Shown piece after piece: positions 37,198 through 50,900 of a stretch of DNA of 64,000 bases. The notes beneath the pieces were generated by a model, which worked only from the letters and a program-made list of their open reading frames with translations, did no database searches and was not told the DNA's origin. This DNA comes from Selaginella moellendorffii. Taxonomy: Eukaryota; Plantae; Lycopodiophyta. How positions within the stretch are numbered: the first letter of the stretch is position 1; each line of letters starts with the position of its first letter. The translations under genes were made by a program, and so were the position numbers. The stretch covers positions 11,369 to 75,368 of the forward strand of contig NW_003314307.1 of the NCBI RefSeq assembly GCF_000143415.4. The letters are read 5' to 3'.

Positions 37198-40100
37198 TCT
37201 ATATGATGCCGTTTGTAAATGCATATACGGAGGTTGGGTTTGAGTCCCGACCCTTTAGTGCTTGGGTTCAAGTCCCAACTCACTAAGGCGAAATGATGGC
37301 TTGGAATATGAGGACATTCATTTTTCGATGGTCATGGACTCTTAGTAAGGAGACTAGTTTGGGCACACCACCAAACAGAGGATGCCCTAGAGTCGTGATG
37401 CACAGTTAGATTGCTTAGTATGAAAGCTCTGCATATCTAACTTGAACACTTTGGTGCAAGTGGCACCAAGGACGTGGTGAATGAGATGGGGCACCTAGTC
37501 TCAGTTGCTATAAACCCTTACTTGGAAGGGCTGGCTTGGGCACACTATCAAGTGTGAGGGATGCCCCCAAGGTCATGGTTAACAACTTAAAGATCTGAAA
37601 GGTCTAGTACCTATTAACAAACCTGTTAAAATGCCAAAATGAGATCACTAGGTGATCTTGTGGCTAAATAAGGACAAGGTTTTTGTTTGGGTAAGGAATA
37701 AGGTTCCTAGTTCAAAGTATTGATTTGAACTAATGATAATGGTGTGGTTTGGTCAAGGTGACCAAGTGGGAAGAACACTTAAGGGAAATGAATTATGTCA
37801 ATATAATGGCATAGTGAGTCCAAAGAAAGTAGTCTCTAGGAGAGACCCATAGGAGGTCATCCACTTGAGTCATCTAGCTTTTGGATTTTGCTAATTTAAC
37901 TATCTATAAGGTCCTATTTTTAAGGTGTCAGCTTGCTAAAATACAACTTTTTATATTCATGTCCTACTCATAAAGACCATCTTTTGCAAATGTTACTCCG
38001 ACATTTGATTATTCTTTGTTCCCTGTAAGCTACTTTTGCCCTTTAAGACTATCCATCCAAATGATGAGAATGCTGACTCATCCTCTAAGTATATTCCTAA
38101 TTCCTTGGGTTGTTCTAGCATTTATTAAAAGTAGCTTTGGCTACCTTTTCAAGGACTTCTGTCCTCATCTATATTCAATCTCCCACGATCTATATCACAC
38201 ACTCACTAGGGCGAGATAATGGTTTGGAAAATAAGGACACTCATTTTTTGGTGGTCATGGACTCTTAGTAAGGAGACTAGCTTGGGCACACCGCCAAACA
38301 AGGGATGCCTCGAAGTTGTAATGCACAGTTAAATTGCTTAGTGTGAAAGCTCCGCATATCTAACTTGAACACTTTAGTGCAAGTAGCACCAAGGACATGG
38401 TGAATGAGATGGGGACACTTAGTCTCAGTTGCTATGGACCCTTAGCCGGAAGGGCTGGCTTAGGCACACTGCCAAGTATGGGGGATGCCCCCAGGGTCAT
38501 GGTTAACAACTTAAAGGTCTAGAAGGTCTAGTACATATTAACAAACTTGTTAAAGTGCCAAGATGAAATCACTAGGTGATCTTGTGGCTAAATAAGGACA
38601 AAGTCTTTGTTTAGGTAAGGAATAAGGTTCCTAGTTCAAAGTATTGATTTGAACTAATAATAATGGTGTGGCTTGATTAAGGTGACCAAGTGAGAAGAAC
38701 ACTTAAGGGAAATGAATTATGTCAATGTGATGGCATAGTGAGTCCAAAGAAAGTAGTCTCTAGAAGAGACCCATGGGAGGGTCACAAAGTTGGGCCGTGG
38801 ATGGGGCCCATAGTACAAAATGCTAAAAAGATCTACTAGGGGCACCCTTTGGACTTGGCAAATAGAGTTTTTGCCATGGAACCGAAAGAATACCTCAAAG
38901 AGGGAGGTAGTCATCCTATGTTACTTGGTGCAACAATTAATGGATACGAGCAAAAGACTAGTGGCTAATAAAAGAGCTATGGGAATCATGGGACAAAACC
39001 CAAATGGCAAAATTAGGCCAAGAACACTAATGTGTTGGATGCTAACAGATTGTGGGAAGGTAATGTGTTTCCAAGGATAGATTCCCAATTGCTCTGATTT
39101 GGCAAAGGTGGAAGCTCTAAGGGAGGGAACAGTAGCCAAATGATATGGCTGTGGACAACCCTAGCACAAATTATGATATTTAGTGCCAAGTGTGGCACAA
39201 AATATGAAAGAGGATGATGGTGCCCTCGAGTAGAGAATTTCCTAGGATGGGGAAGTGGAGTTGCACAAAATGTGCAATGCAAAATGTCAGGGATACCTAG
39301 GGAATTGACTCTGAGAAGTCAAAAATAAAAGTTCCAAAGTGCAAAGGTTATATCAATGGGAATTGAGACTACTCGAAAATGAGTAGTGGGATTGAGATAG
39401 AGAAGGTGTCTCTAATACGTTTAGCAAAAACTAAACAAATAAAAGGAGAGAACCACCACAAATGATCGAATGAGTCTTTAAGTTGGAAAGACTATGCTCC
39501 TTAGAGGATGGACAAGGCATGGTAAACCTTCAGTGTCAAACCATTGATGAATATTGGCTAGGTGCCAAGGATGGAAAGGGTAATACATGCTAATATTACT
39601 TATAAAATAGTTTATCATTCGATGAAGACATCAAACTTCGTCTATAGGTGGTAGAGTTGTGAGACACAAATCCCTAAGCCCCAAAGTGGAGCCGAAAGGG
39701 CATTATGTGGTAGTGCCTGAAGCGAAAGCCAAACAAGCATAACACGTTTGGACTAAAAGCTTCAATTTGAAAGGTTGAGAGCAGAAGTGGAACTCCCAAC
39801 GAAGTGCTCAAGGAACAAGCATGAAACCAACAATAACAGAGTCTCTAGAAAAGGGACACAAGAGGACCAATATATGACACGTGGAAGTGTCTGAGATAGA
39901 ACCAAGATGGAGTTCAAGATGGACCCGAGATGGAGTCCGAGATGGACTCGAGATGGAGTTTGAGATGGTGTCCGAGATGGACCTGAGATGGAGTCCAAGA
40001 AGGAGTCCAAGATAGACCCAAGATGGAGTCCGTGATGGAGTCTGAGATAGACCCGTAATGGAGTCCAAGATGGAACCGAGACCAAGATCGAGACCGAGTC

Positions 40101-41108
40101 CAAGTCCGAGTCTAAGTCCGAGTCCAAATACTAATATAGTTTGTTGGGTGAAAGCCCAAAGCGATCGTCCCCCAGCGGGGGGGGAGGGGGGGGTGGGGGC
40201 TACAGGGGTTCCAAAAGGATAGTAGGGAGAGTGTGGGGGTTGGACCCCAGTGGAGCCAGTTTGGCCAGAAAAGGCTAGTTTGGCCCAAGAAGGCCATACC
40301 CAACTGTGGGGTGATGGGGTAACCACTGGGAAGTCCAAGGCTAGAGTGAATACAGACTAGCAAGCAAAGTAGCTTGGTGAAGTGTTCAAAAGCCAGCTCT
40401 AATTCCCTCAGGAAATCGAATGGTCAATGCTCCTAGTCCAAGCATGGGTGGCACTACCTACTTGGATACCTAGCATAGCTCAATGGAACCTCACTCTAAA
40501 CCCATGGCTAGAGCACCCAAAGGTGAAAGGTGGGGAGAGGCTCGTGTAGGGCTACGGTGTTCCGAAATGCTGTCCCAACTTCCCAGACTATGGAAAAGAA
40601 AAGGAGTGATCCTCTGGTGTAGTGACTAAGGATACGGTCAAGTGATGAGGAAGTCTCAAAGGACAATGGGACTTAGTGGTCGGGCCTGTGGGCCTTGTCC
40701 CAGTGGCAGTGTTGGCAAACACAGCCATGAACAAGAAAAGGGACTTGGTGGGGACTGCGGGCATTTAAAGAGTGGATCTAAGATGATCACTCATGGACAG
40801 ATGGAAAATTTTTTGAGAGATAGGATTGCAATGCAGGTGGTGTTGGATCACCAGTGTGACCAAGGTGAATGGGCATGGCCTTAGCGTAATGGGCTGATAT
40901 GTTAGTGGTACCTTGGGGTGTTGGTCATGGGATCGGACACATGGAGCACTTAGACCAAGTGCAAAGGTTGAGTGGCATGGATGCCATTCTCAGGGCTAGC
41001 AAGCCCCAAGTCCTGAATTGGCTTATGGAGGTTGTGAAAGAGACTTTTCCAAGTGGTCGGAGGTGTGGTTAAGTGACTAAAGTAGAATGGAAAAATTAGT
41101 CACTTACA

Positions 41109-44027
41109 AGAAAGGGATTTAGTGGGGACTAAAAAAGGGATATTGGGAAAGGTTGTTCCCTATGTCTACAGACATCCTAAGGATGCTAAGGAGTGGATTT
41201 GGGATTAGCAAGAGTTAAATTATGCCTCAGGTTGATCGGCCATGCTTGACCTACCCAATATCCCTACTATACATTTGGAACCCCCGACATTGAATACATG
41301 GAGCATTAGTGCAAACGTTGAGTGGCATGGATGCCATTCTCGGGGTTAGCAAGCCCCAAGTTCTAAATTGGACTTATGGAGGTTGTGAATGAGACTCCTC
41401 CAAGTGATCGGAGGTATAGTTAAGTGACTAAAGTAGAATAGAAAAATTAATTACTTACATTAAGATCATGGGAAGGATGAAGACTCTAAGACAATAAAGG
41501 AGTCATAAAATTATCCTTATATAGTTGAAAATGGTGCTCATGAATTTGAGATGAGAATTAATGACCGTAGAAGGTCAAATACAAAAGAGGATACAAATCC
41601 TTGAAATTGTAGCTAGGTATAAAAGGCTACATTTTTCAACTTAACCACACCTTTGATCATTTAGAAGAGTCTTACTCACAACTTCCATAGTTCTATTCCG
41701 GACTTGGGGCTTGCTAGCCTCCATGCCACTTAACTTTTGCATTTGGTCCAAGTGCTCCATGTGTCCAATCCTATAACCAACACCCAAAGGAATCACTAAC
41801 ATATCAGTCTGTTACACTAAGGCCATACCCATTCACCTTTGTCATATTAGTGGTCCAACACCACCTGCATTATAGTCCCGTCTTTTAAAGATTGGGTCAT
41901 CTGTCTATGAGTGATCATTCTAGATCCACTCTTTAGCATCCTTGAGATGCCTGTAGACATGGGGAACAACCTTCCCTAATATCCCTTTTATAGTCCCCAC
42001 AAAGACCCTTTCTATCCACGGTTATATTTGCCAACATTGCCACTAGGTCAAGGCACACATGCCTGACAACTAAGTTTCACTGTCCTCTGGGACTTCTTCA
42101 CCATATGACCATATCCTTGGTCACTACGTTAGAGGATTAATTCTCTTCCTTTCCACAGTCCGAGACTTTGGGACAATATTTTGGAACACTGTGGCCATAT
42201 ACAAGCCTCTTGGGTACTCTCCCCACCTTGCGCCTTTGGGTGCTTTAGCCATGAGGCTAAAGTGAGGTTTCATTGAGCCACGCTAGGTATCTAAGTAGGT
42301 AATGCCACCCACACTTGTATTGGGAGCATTGACCATTCGATCTCCCAATGGATTTAGAACCAGCTCTTGAACACTTCATCAAGTTACTCTCTTGTCTGTC
42401 CGCATTCACTCTAGCTTTGGATATATCATCACCCAACACATAGGCATAGCCTTCCTTGGTCACACTGGCCTTTCCTAGTCAAACTGGGTCCACTAGAGTC
42501 CAACCCCCACTCTCCTTACTATACTTTTGAAACCCAAAACCCCAAAGTGGAGGCAACAGGGTGCCACATAGTAGTGGCTAAAGTGGAAGCCAAATGAGCA
42601 TAACACATTGGGACTAAAAACTTTGACTTGAAAGGTCAAGAGCGAGAGTGAAACTCTCAACGAAGTGCTCAAGGAATGAGCATGAAGTGAGCAATAAGTG
42701 AGTCTTTACATAAGGAACACAAGAGAACCAACACATGACACATGGAGGAATCTGAGATGGACTTGAGACGGAGTTTAAGATGGAGTCCAATATGGACCTG
42801 AGATGGACCCAATATGGACCCAAGATGGAGTCCGAGATGGAGTCTGACATGGATCCGAGATGGAGTTTGAGATGGAGTTCGAGATAGAGTTTGAGATGGA
42901 CTTGAGATGGAGTCCAAGGTTGAGGCTGAGAAAGAGATTGAGACCGAAACTAAGGCCAAGACTGAGATCGAGACCTAGACCAAGATCGAGTCCTATACCG
43001 AGTTCAAGACCAAGACCGAGTTTGAGTCCAACTTTGAATCTAACTCCAAGGGTGAAAGCCCAAAGCAATTGTCTCCTAGGCCTTGAGGGGTTTGGTGAGC
43101 TCCAAAAGTATAGTAGGGGGAGGATTCAAGTGGAGCTAGTTTGGTTATGAAATGCCAATGTGACCAAGGAAGGCTATACCTATGTGGTGGGTGATGCTAT
43201 AACCATTAACAAGTCTAAGGCTAAAGTAAACATAAATAGACAAATGGGGTGATTTGGTAAATTGTTCTAGAGTTAGCTTTAGCTCCCCCAGGAGATTAAA
43301 TGGTCAATGCTCCCAATCCAAGTGTGGGTGGCACTACCTATTTGGATACTTAGTGTGGCTCATCGGAGCCTTGCTCTAGCCACATAAGTAGGGCACCCAA
43401 AGGCAAAAGGTGGGAAGAGTACCTATAAGGCTTATGTAGGGCCACGATATTTCAAAATGTTGTCCCAAAGTCCCAGACTGTGGAAAAGAAAAGGAATAGT
43501 TCTCTTCTGTAGTGACCAAGGATGCGGTCATGTGGCAAAGAAGTCCTAGAGGTCAATGGGACATAATGGTTGGACCTTCAAGCCCAGTGTTGGCAAATAC
43601 AATGGGGATGGAGAGGGACTTAATGGGGACTGAGAAAGGGATATTGGGGAAGGTTGTTCTTCATGTCTTTGAGCATCCTAAAGATTCTAGGGAGTGGCTT
43701 TGGGATGACCACTCATGGATGGATGGCTTAGTATTTGAAAGATGGGACTATACTAGCATAAATGGTCTAGGATTACAAATGAGACAAGGGTAAATGGACA
43801 TAACTTTAGCATAACATGCTGATATATCAGTAGTACCTTTGAGGTGTCAATCATGACAGAGAACACTTAGACCAAGTGTAAAGGCTGAGTGGCATAGATG
43901 CCATTCACAAGGTTAACAAGTCCTCAAATCTGAAATATGACTTATAGAGGTTGTGAGTGAGGCTTCTCTAAGTGGTTGGAAGTGTGGTTAAGTGACTAAA
44001 GTAAAATAGAAAATTTAATTACTTACA
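41109..44027. mobile_element. Family L LTR and internal fragments in both orientations (41109-41459 +, ~41630-42535 -, ~42536-44027 +)
   Basis: Matches to the family L LTR; ...ATTACTTACA ends at 41459 and 44027. Confidence 0.78.
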
Positions 44028-44029
44028 TC

Positions 44030-45600
44030 TTTCTTCTGAGTATTAACAAGTACTAAGAAGTCATTGGTTCACCAAGCAAGATGTTCCCAAGACTACTTTT
44101 TATACATATTTTGTTTGCATTAGTTCTTAGTGATACTATTTGGTTTGAACAACATTTCAACAACTTTTTAGTAGATGATGGATGACATTTTTTGCAATAT
44201 GCCAGAGGTGACTACTAACTTTATCGATAATGTCTTGATTCACTCAGAAGGAATGTGGAAGGAGCATATCTAGATGTTCACAAGGTGTTCGATCAATTTC
44301 AGCAAGTTGGTTTAAATCTCAACCTGTTGAAATGTGTGTTTAGGTCCAAGGACAAAACTTATCTTGGGTACTATATTTCTTGTGAAGGTTTGCAAATTAA
44401 TCTTTAAAAACTTGTGGTTGTTCTAAAGCTCTCTACCTCAAAGTGTGTGGATAATGTGTAACACTCCCTAAACAAAGTGCAATATCATAGTCATTTCATT
44501 GATCATCTTTTTTATTGTACTATACCATTGAGAACATTGATAAAGTCATTAACATCATCTTTCATTTGGTTTGAGAACTATGAGTGGGCATTTATGCATC
44601 TCAAAGACTTGTTGATAACTCCTCTAATTTTAACATATCCTGACTATACTTGATTTTTCATTTTGAGTATGGATGCTTCTATTATCAGTCTAGAGGGTGT
44701 ATTGATACAAGAGAGCATGAGTGTGCCTATTAATGTTATCCCATTACATACATCAGACATATATTACAACTAGTAAAGGTGAATTACTCCATAATAAAGA
44801 ATGAGTGTTTAGCAGCAGTTTGGGGTTTTAAGAAGCTTCATGCATATTTGCATACTTCTTGGCCATTACTAAAAAGTGAATATATTGTGGTTACTTCATT
44901 ATGGAAGTGGAAGAACTTAATTGTTGTATTGCTCAGTGGGCTCCAAAGCTTCATATATATGCTTTCGAAGTTGTTCATCAACCAGGGAGTTCTATGATTG
45001 ATATTGACGCCCTTTCTTGAACTCTTCTCCCTTCTTCATTCTTTTCTCATGTTTTTTATGTCTTTGTTATTCTAGTATCAATGGAATTTTTTAATGAGAA
45101 TTTTGTACCATCAATGGTTGTTATACTAAATGTTCGATGTTCATAAGATGCAGAGCAAAATTTACTTTCTCTTAACAAAGTTCATGAGGCTAAAAAATTT
45201 AAGCTTTATTTCCGAAGACTTTATAACAAGTTTGAGAATCTTGTATCACGTGCTAATGACTTGCCATTTTAACATTTACATTCTTAATATCACTTTAATA
45301 ACAACCTTTATTTTGTGGGGATTGATCCTAATGATTATTTATGGTTAGTTATGCTTTTGATATCTATTCCATGCTTTATCCATGCCTACTATGACTCTCG
45401 GCATATGAGGCATCAACGTGTGATTGAAAAGCTATGTAAATCTTTTTATTAGCCGGGGATATAATGTGATGTTATTCGATATGTACATAGTTGTGTTTGA
45501 TGCCAAACTCATAATACTTCCTTTCATGCTACAAAAGGACAATTGAAATCAATTACAATTTCCCCTCTATTTGCATTTGATTTGATGGGCATTTTGCATG
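44030..45600 (+). pseudogene. Highly decayed RT/RNaseH/integrase of a different Ty3/gypsy element
   Basis: Residual motifs DVPKTTF, LFGLNN, FIDNVLIHS, MDAS, NYSIIKNECLAAVWG and YVHSC, with many stops. Confidence 0.7.
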
Positions 45601-47931
45601 GCTAACTGCTGGCAATGATTAAATCACTATTGCCTCGATGCAATATTTTTATTCTCATCTAGACTATGCAATATTGAAAGATTGCCATCAGTTTTATTTT
45701 AATGGGCTGGTATCCTTAAAACAGCTCTATATAAAAAAGCAGCTTAAATCCTTCATCTTTATCACTATTAGCAATCATTTAATTTCTATTCTAATACTTT
45801 AGTTCTATGAGGGCAATCTTTATCACCTTTCTCCAGGATCTCTTCAATGAGGTTATGATTTCTTATAAGAATACCTTTCATGCTTAACTTGTGTTGCCAT
45901 ATGAGATGTTTGATGTGAGTAAGAACTACATCAATATTTCTGGAACTATACTTCACTCTCATAATTATGAATTAACAACCTTATAAGTTCTTTTAATGAA
46001 GAGAGCACAATTGATAGATGTTATAGATGAATCTTTTAGTAAGCTACCAGCAATATGAAAGAGTGTAATAAGGAACACATCCCAGTGGCTACACAAGGGA
46101 CATGTGTTCTCCACTGAGTCAATAGAGGAGCTAGGGTTAGTGTGGGCATTGTGAGCAAAGCAATGATTTGCAATAGGATAATGGGTGCTGGCCATGATTT
46201 TTTTATTATGTCAATCATTTATATTTCATATGCTCCCAGAATGTCAATCATTTGGTTATAATTTTATAGCTTGAGGCATTGAGATTTTGACCCTGCTTTG
46301 TCTATAGGAACTTTCCCTTTTTATTTTATTACAGAGCACAATCTAACAAAAGTTAATGCCGAGTTTTCTGGTAGCTCCTAGCTGTGACACAAGTGGGACA
46401 TGGGGAAGTAGCAGAATTTGAAGGAGCCATCCATCAACTGGATAAACAATTATCGCCACACGCCAATGATTGGATGATTCAAATGAACCACTTAATTCGA
46501 TCTTCTGCCAAGCATCCACCACTACCACTTTTTTTTTTGTTTAAGTTTACATCGTTCTTGCAGCAGAGAAGTGAGGATTTTGATCTTAGGTCGGGTACAA
46601 TTAACTGTAACTAGAAAAGTGCAGCTTTTTTTTAAGTCGTGAGTTAGGTGCAAGTTGCCAAAATGTTTGAGAATTGATGCCTTTCTGAAGGTATCTCTTT
46701 TATCAGAGCAGTGTGGCTCTCTCTTCCAACTGTAGCTCAGATCACCATCATGGAACAACTTAACTCATTATTTTTCCAAACCACAGCATGACATTCTCTT
46801 TGGCTTGAGAGAGAATACTGAGGCAATGGCTTCCTGTGAGTAGCCAATCTTCTAATTTGGGTTTTCAAATGCTTTTATCTTTAGTTCCAATTTAGTGAGT
46901 TTAACTTCCTCCCTCTAGAAAATATACTTGAGGAGTGGTGGCCTTCTCCTAGTGTTAATCTCACATAAGGTGGTGTTAATCTTGTCAAAGGTGGTGTGGG
47001 AATGTTTTAGGTAATATATTAGATGGGAATTGACTCCCAAAAACCTGTTTTGCCCTTGAAATCCTATCACTAGCATCTTAAATAGAGTGTTAAACATGGT
47101 TGAACGGGGGGCAATAGGGAAAGTTCAGAACCTAGCTAAGGTTTTATGGACTAGCATAGTGAGTTGTGAGTGGAAGATAAGTAACAAAGTTTATTCTGAT
47201 CTATAGTGGATGTTTCACATAATTATCATGTAATAATGTGCCATCCAAGTGGAAAGAGAGTTTTGTGGCATTGAAATGGTTTTTGAGCAATGATATGCAT
47301 TACAGGTCCACAAAGCTTTCAGGGGCACTTTCATGCAAGAGGGCAGCCTATGAGAGCTAGGCTTTAAATTGCAGATCCATGTATGAGTAAAAGTTACCTT
47401 ATGCTTTGAGTGGAGGCACTATGACTTTATTTATGCTTCTTATGTAAGCTTCGACATATAAAGAATAGGACACTAGACAAGTTCACAAGATTGTTCATAG
47501 AGTTTGGGGAGTTTCCTACTAAGCATCAAATGGGAAAATTTTGGATCATTCTAAACGAAACCTTTGGAGGAAAACTCTTTAAGACCTTTTTTTTATTCTC
47601 TTTTCTAAGCTAGACCACCTTTTATGTGATTTTGCTATTTTAGATTTTTTCAGTTTACAGTTTCGCTGATAAATTTAGGGGCCTATCAGGAGAAGACATT
47701 GGACTCTACAAGACGTAAAGAGACTGGGAGAGGCTAGAATGCTGGCAATTGGTGGCTTTAGTGTTCAAGTGTTTGATGGGATGTTTAGTTCTATTTAGTT
47801 ATCTTTTGGGAGTCAAACGATAAAACTCACAGGTATCTAAACAGAGAAGTTGGCATATAAAATTTTGTTATACTCGGGCAATTGTAATCTTAGCCACAAA
47901 CCGTCAGACTCATTAGGGCATACAAAATTCA

Positions 47932-50900
47932 ATGGAGGGAGATGAAACCGAAAGCCAAGGGGATGCTTCGGTCTCAAATGCAGATGGGAAAAACGCACAA
48001 AGCGAAGTGGCGAGAAAGAAAAAGCTCTTTAAGAAAATGATGCTGGTAAGGGGCTCTATTTTAAGGCTCACTTGTTTCAGTTTGTTGTAATTAAGGACTT
48101 CGATCGCCCTCAATGGAAAATAAGCCTGAAGGTCACACACGATCATGCCCCGCATCCACGGAAACGTCTAGGCGGCACAATATTAAACGGCGACTGGAAG
48201 GGATTGAGCGAAGCCGAAAAACGTGCTTGGATATCGAAATCCGATGACACTGATATAAAACTAGTAAACATACGGAGAAGAAAATCCTTGTTAACGTTTT
48301 TTATGCCATAGGCACAACTTCTTGCCTACCATTTAAAAGAAAAGGTCGAATATCTTAACAATCCTAGATATTGCCAACTTCCCAGAGCAGTTAAAGTAAG
48401 AATTTCATGGGGTTAGCAGGAATTCTCAATCCATTTTTCTTTTAGGCATTAACAATTACAGAAGTTAAAGAAACGGATGGTCAAATCACAGAATTAATTC
48501 CTTTGGATCCACCAACGCTTGTTTTTGAACGTTTTGGTAAGCTCTCTATACACTAAAATTACGTATAGGAAGCAAAATTCTAGTGAAACAGGACATGTGA
48601 AGGCTCATGCCTGAGACGTTACACGAACTGCAGAGGTGGGACGATCATACACGAGCACGATCCAAATTTTGAACGTTAGCACTTGGAGCCAGCGCCTGAG
48701 GTATCAGAAAGAACACCAATCCGGAACTAATTACGCCTTGTCAGGGTTCTGTTACCATCAGGCAAAACGTTTCAGGTCCAGGGGGAAGACCTTCAAGGGA
48801 AAGTAATAGCACCAGGGAGGCACGTTTTCTTAAAGGTGACGTTTAGGCCCACGTCACTGAACGACAATTCAGATGCACTCTTCCTTTCTTCGGAGATGGA
48901 CAGCTGCCAAGTCATGTTTATAGGAACCAAAACCACTGCCAACAATATTTGTTCCAACCATCCTTGATCTAGGCCACTGTCTTCTCAATCATGCTACAGC
49001 TGTTTCTTTTCCAGTTTCCAGCTTAGATGTTGCTACAAAGTTTCATCTTTCTTTTGAGGCAGAGAGCGATTCAGAAAGATTAAACTTTTTCCAATCTCTT
49101 TATTCATGCCAGAATGTTCTTTATGCTGTTCCGTTTCTTGTTCACCCGAAGAGTTTTAATCTCTCGATCAATGATTCAGCTGACGTAATCGTCATATTCA
49201 GACCTGTTTCTCAAGGAAAATTTTCGCATATAATACATATTTCGTCAGAGTTTGGTCATCAATGGCGGGTGCTACTTGAGGGCTGCGGGACAAAGTTGAA
49301 AGTCGACTTATTGGAATTAGATGGGCACGCTCTTAGAGAGAAAGAAGCCGAATCTGGATTGTGGTTCGGAAATGCAACCATTTCCAGTCACAATGCAAAG
49401 AAAAAACTGACAGTAAGAAACCACACCATGACTGCTCTTCGGTTCTACTGGAAGATTGAGTCCGCACAACACCCGGCATTCGTCGTGCAGCCTAGCTGTG
49501 GGGTGCTGGAAGCAGAGTCAAATGCAACATTTGATTTTACTTTTTGTCCGGCAGAAATCGAGGTCTATAGACAGCGTGCAGTTTTCTACGTGGACACGCG
49601 CCACGCCTTTTCTTTTCGTGCCGACTCCTGGGAGCAGTTTCAAAGCAATCTGGCCAATGCAGATAAATTAGCCCAAGAAGTTATAGCATCAAAACATGGG
49701 GACGAAGTCTCAGGTGCTGTGTCTCCGGAGGTAGCTTTGGTTTGCGATCAAGGTTTTTCAACCAAGGACGTAGACAACAACGGGTATATCATGAAGGCCC
49801 TTGATATTGAGTTGATTGGAGTGGGAGATCCTTTCGATATTGAAATTTATCCTCCCTTGCTGCTATTCTCAGAAATGCTTGTTCAAGGTAAAACATACAC
49901 ACGAGAGATACATCTAAGAAACAACACTCTTGCCGATGTCACCTTCTCGTGGCAAGTCTCAGAAACTCCGTGGGGCATCGCCAAGGAACTTAATTTTGTT
50001 TCATTTCTTCCCATTACTGGCAAAATAGTAGCTCTGGGAAGCACCACTGTGAGCGTTACTCTAAGAGCTACAAAAATTGGACCTATACAAGAGGCTGTGA
50101 CATGTAGTTTTATGGATACTGGCCATTTGCAGCTACCTTTGCTAATAGAAGGCTGTGTGCAAGGACCACGTGTTTCTATCCTTCAGCCTATGCTGGACTT
50201 TGGACTGGTTCAGGTACAGCTAAATATTAAAGTTTCTTTTTATGTGGTATTGAAGTTCACTGTCTAGGTAGGAACGACTGATTCTACACAGCTAACGCTC
50301 ACCAACAGGAGCATTGTAGAAGCATCATTCAAACTTCTTGCAGTGTGCGAAGCTGATATTAATGTGCAATTGTCACAGGCAATGAGCAATTGTAAAGATG
50401 AACTCTTTTTTAGGCCAGACAGTGGTACTGTACTTGCGAGGGGAACAACAAATGTAAAGGTCGACCTGCACGCAAAGGCCTGTGGGCAAAAGGGTTATGC
50501 AATTGTTTGTCAAGTTGTTGACGGTCTCTCTCCCACGCAATATGCTCTAGTGAGAGCATTTGTGGATTCCCCAAAGGCGTACTTTGACCCATGCAGATTT
50601 GATCTTGGTATAACATTTCTCTACAAAAAACTCTCAAGAACGGCTACATTACACAATCTGACCGGTTTGACAACCTACTATAGGTGGCCCATTTGTGACA
50701 TAAATATTGGAGACTCTTCTTCAATAAAGATCGACATCACGCCCAGAGATGGAGAACTTGCCCCATACGGTTCTCAGCAAATTGTTTTTCGCATGACTCC
50801 ACTAGAGATCGGTGAGAAGGAGCTAATTTTGACGTGTGACATCCTGGGAGCGGACGTGCCTATTGGTGTAATATTTCGGACTTACATTTCTGATTTTCGA

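Larger units (their letters stand above)
21846..41108 (+). mobile_element. Tandem dimer of non-coding family L (LARD-like): internal-1 (21846-25766), shared LTR (25767-26947), internal-2 (26948-39657, with nested insertions), LTR (39658-41108)
   Basis: Internal-1 is collinear with internal-2 (e.g. 21850 ~ 34600). Both LTRs are preceded by PPT GTGGT(G/A)GAGT. The middle LTR is followed by PBS TAGTATCAGAGC. No long ORF. Confidence 0.8.

Noticed and set aside
45600-47900. Short ORFs and possible exon or transposase remnants
   Set aside because: No motif I can recognise with confidence.
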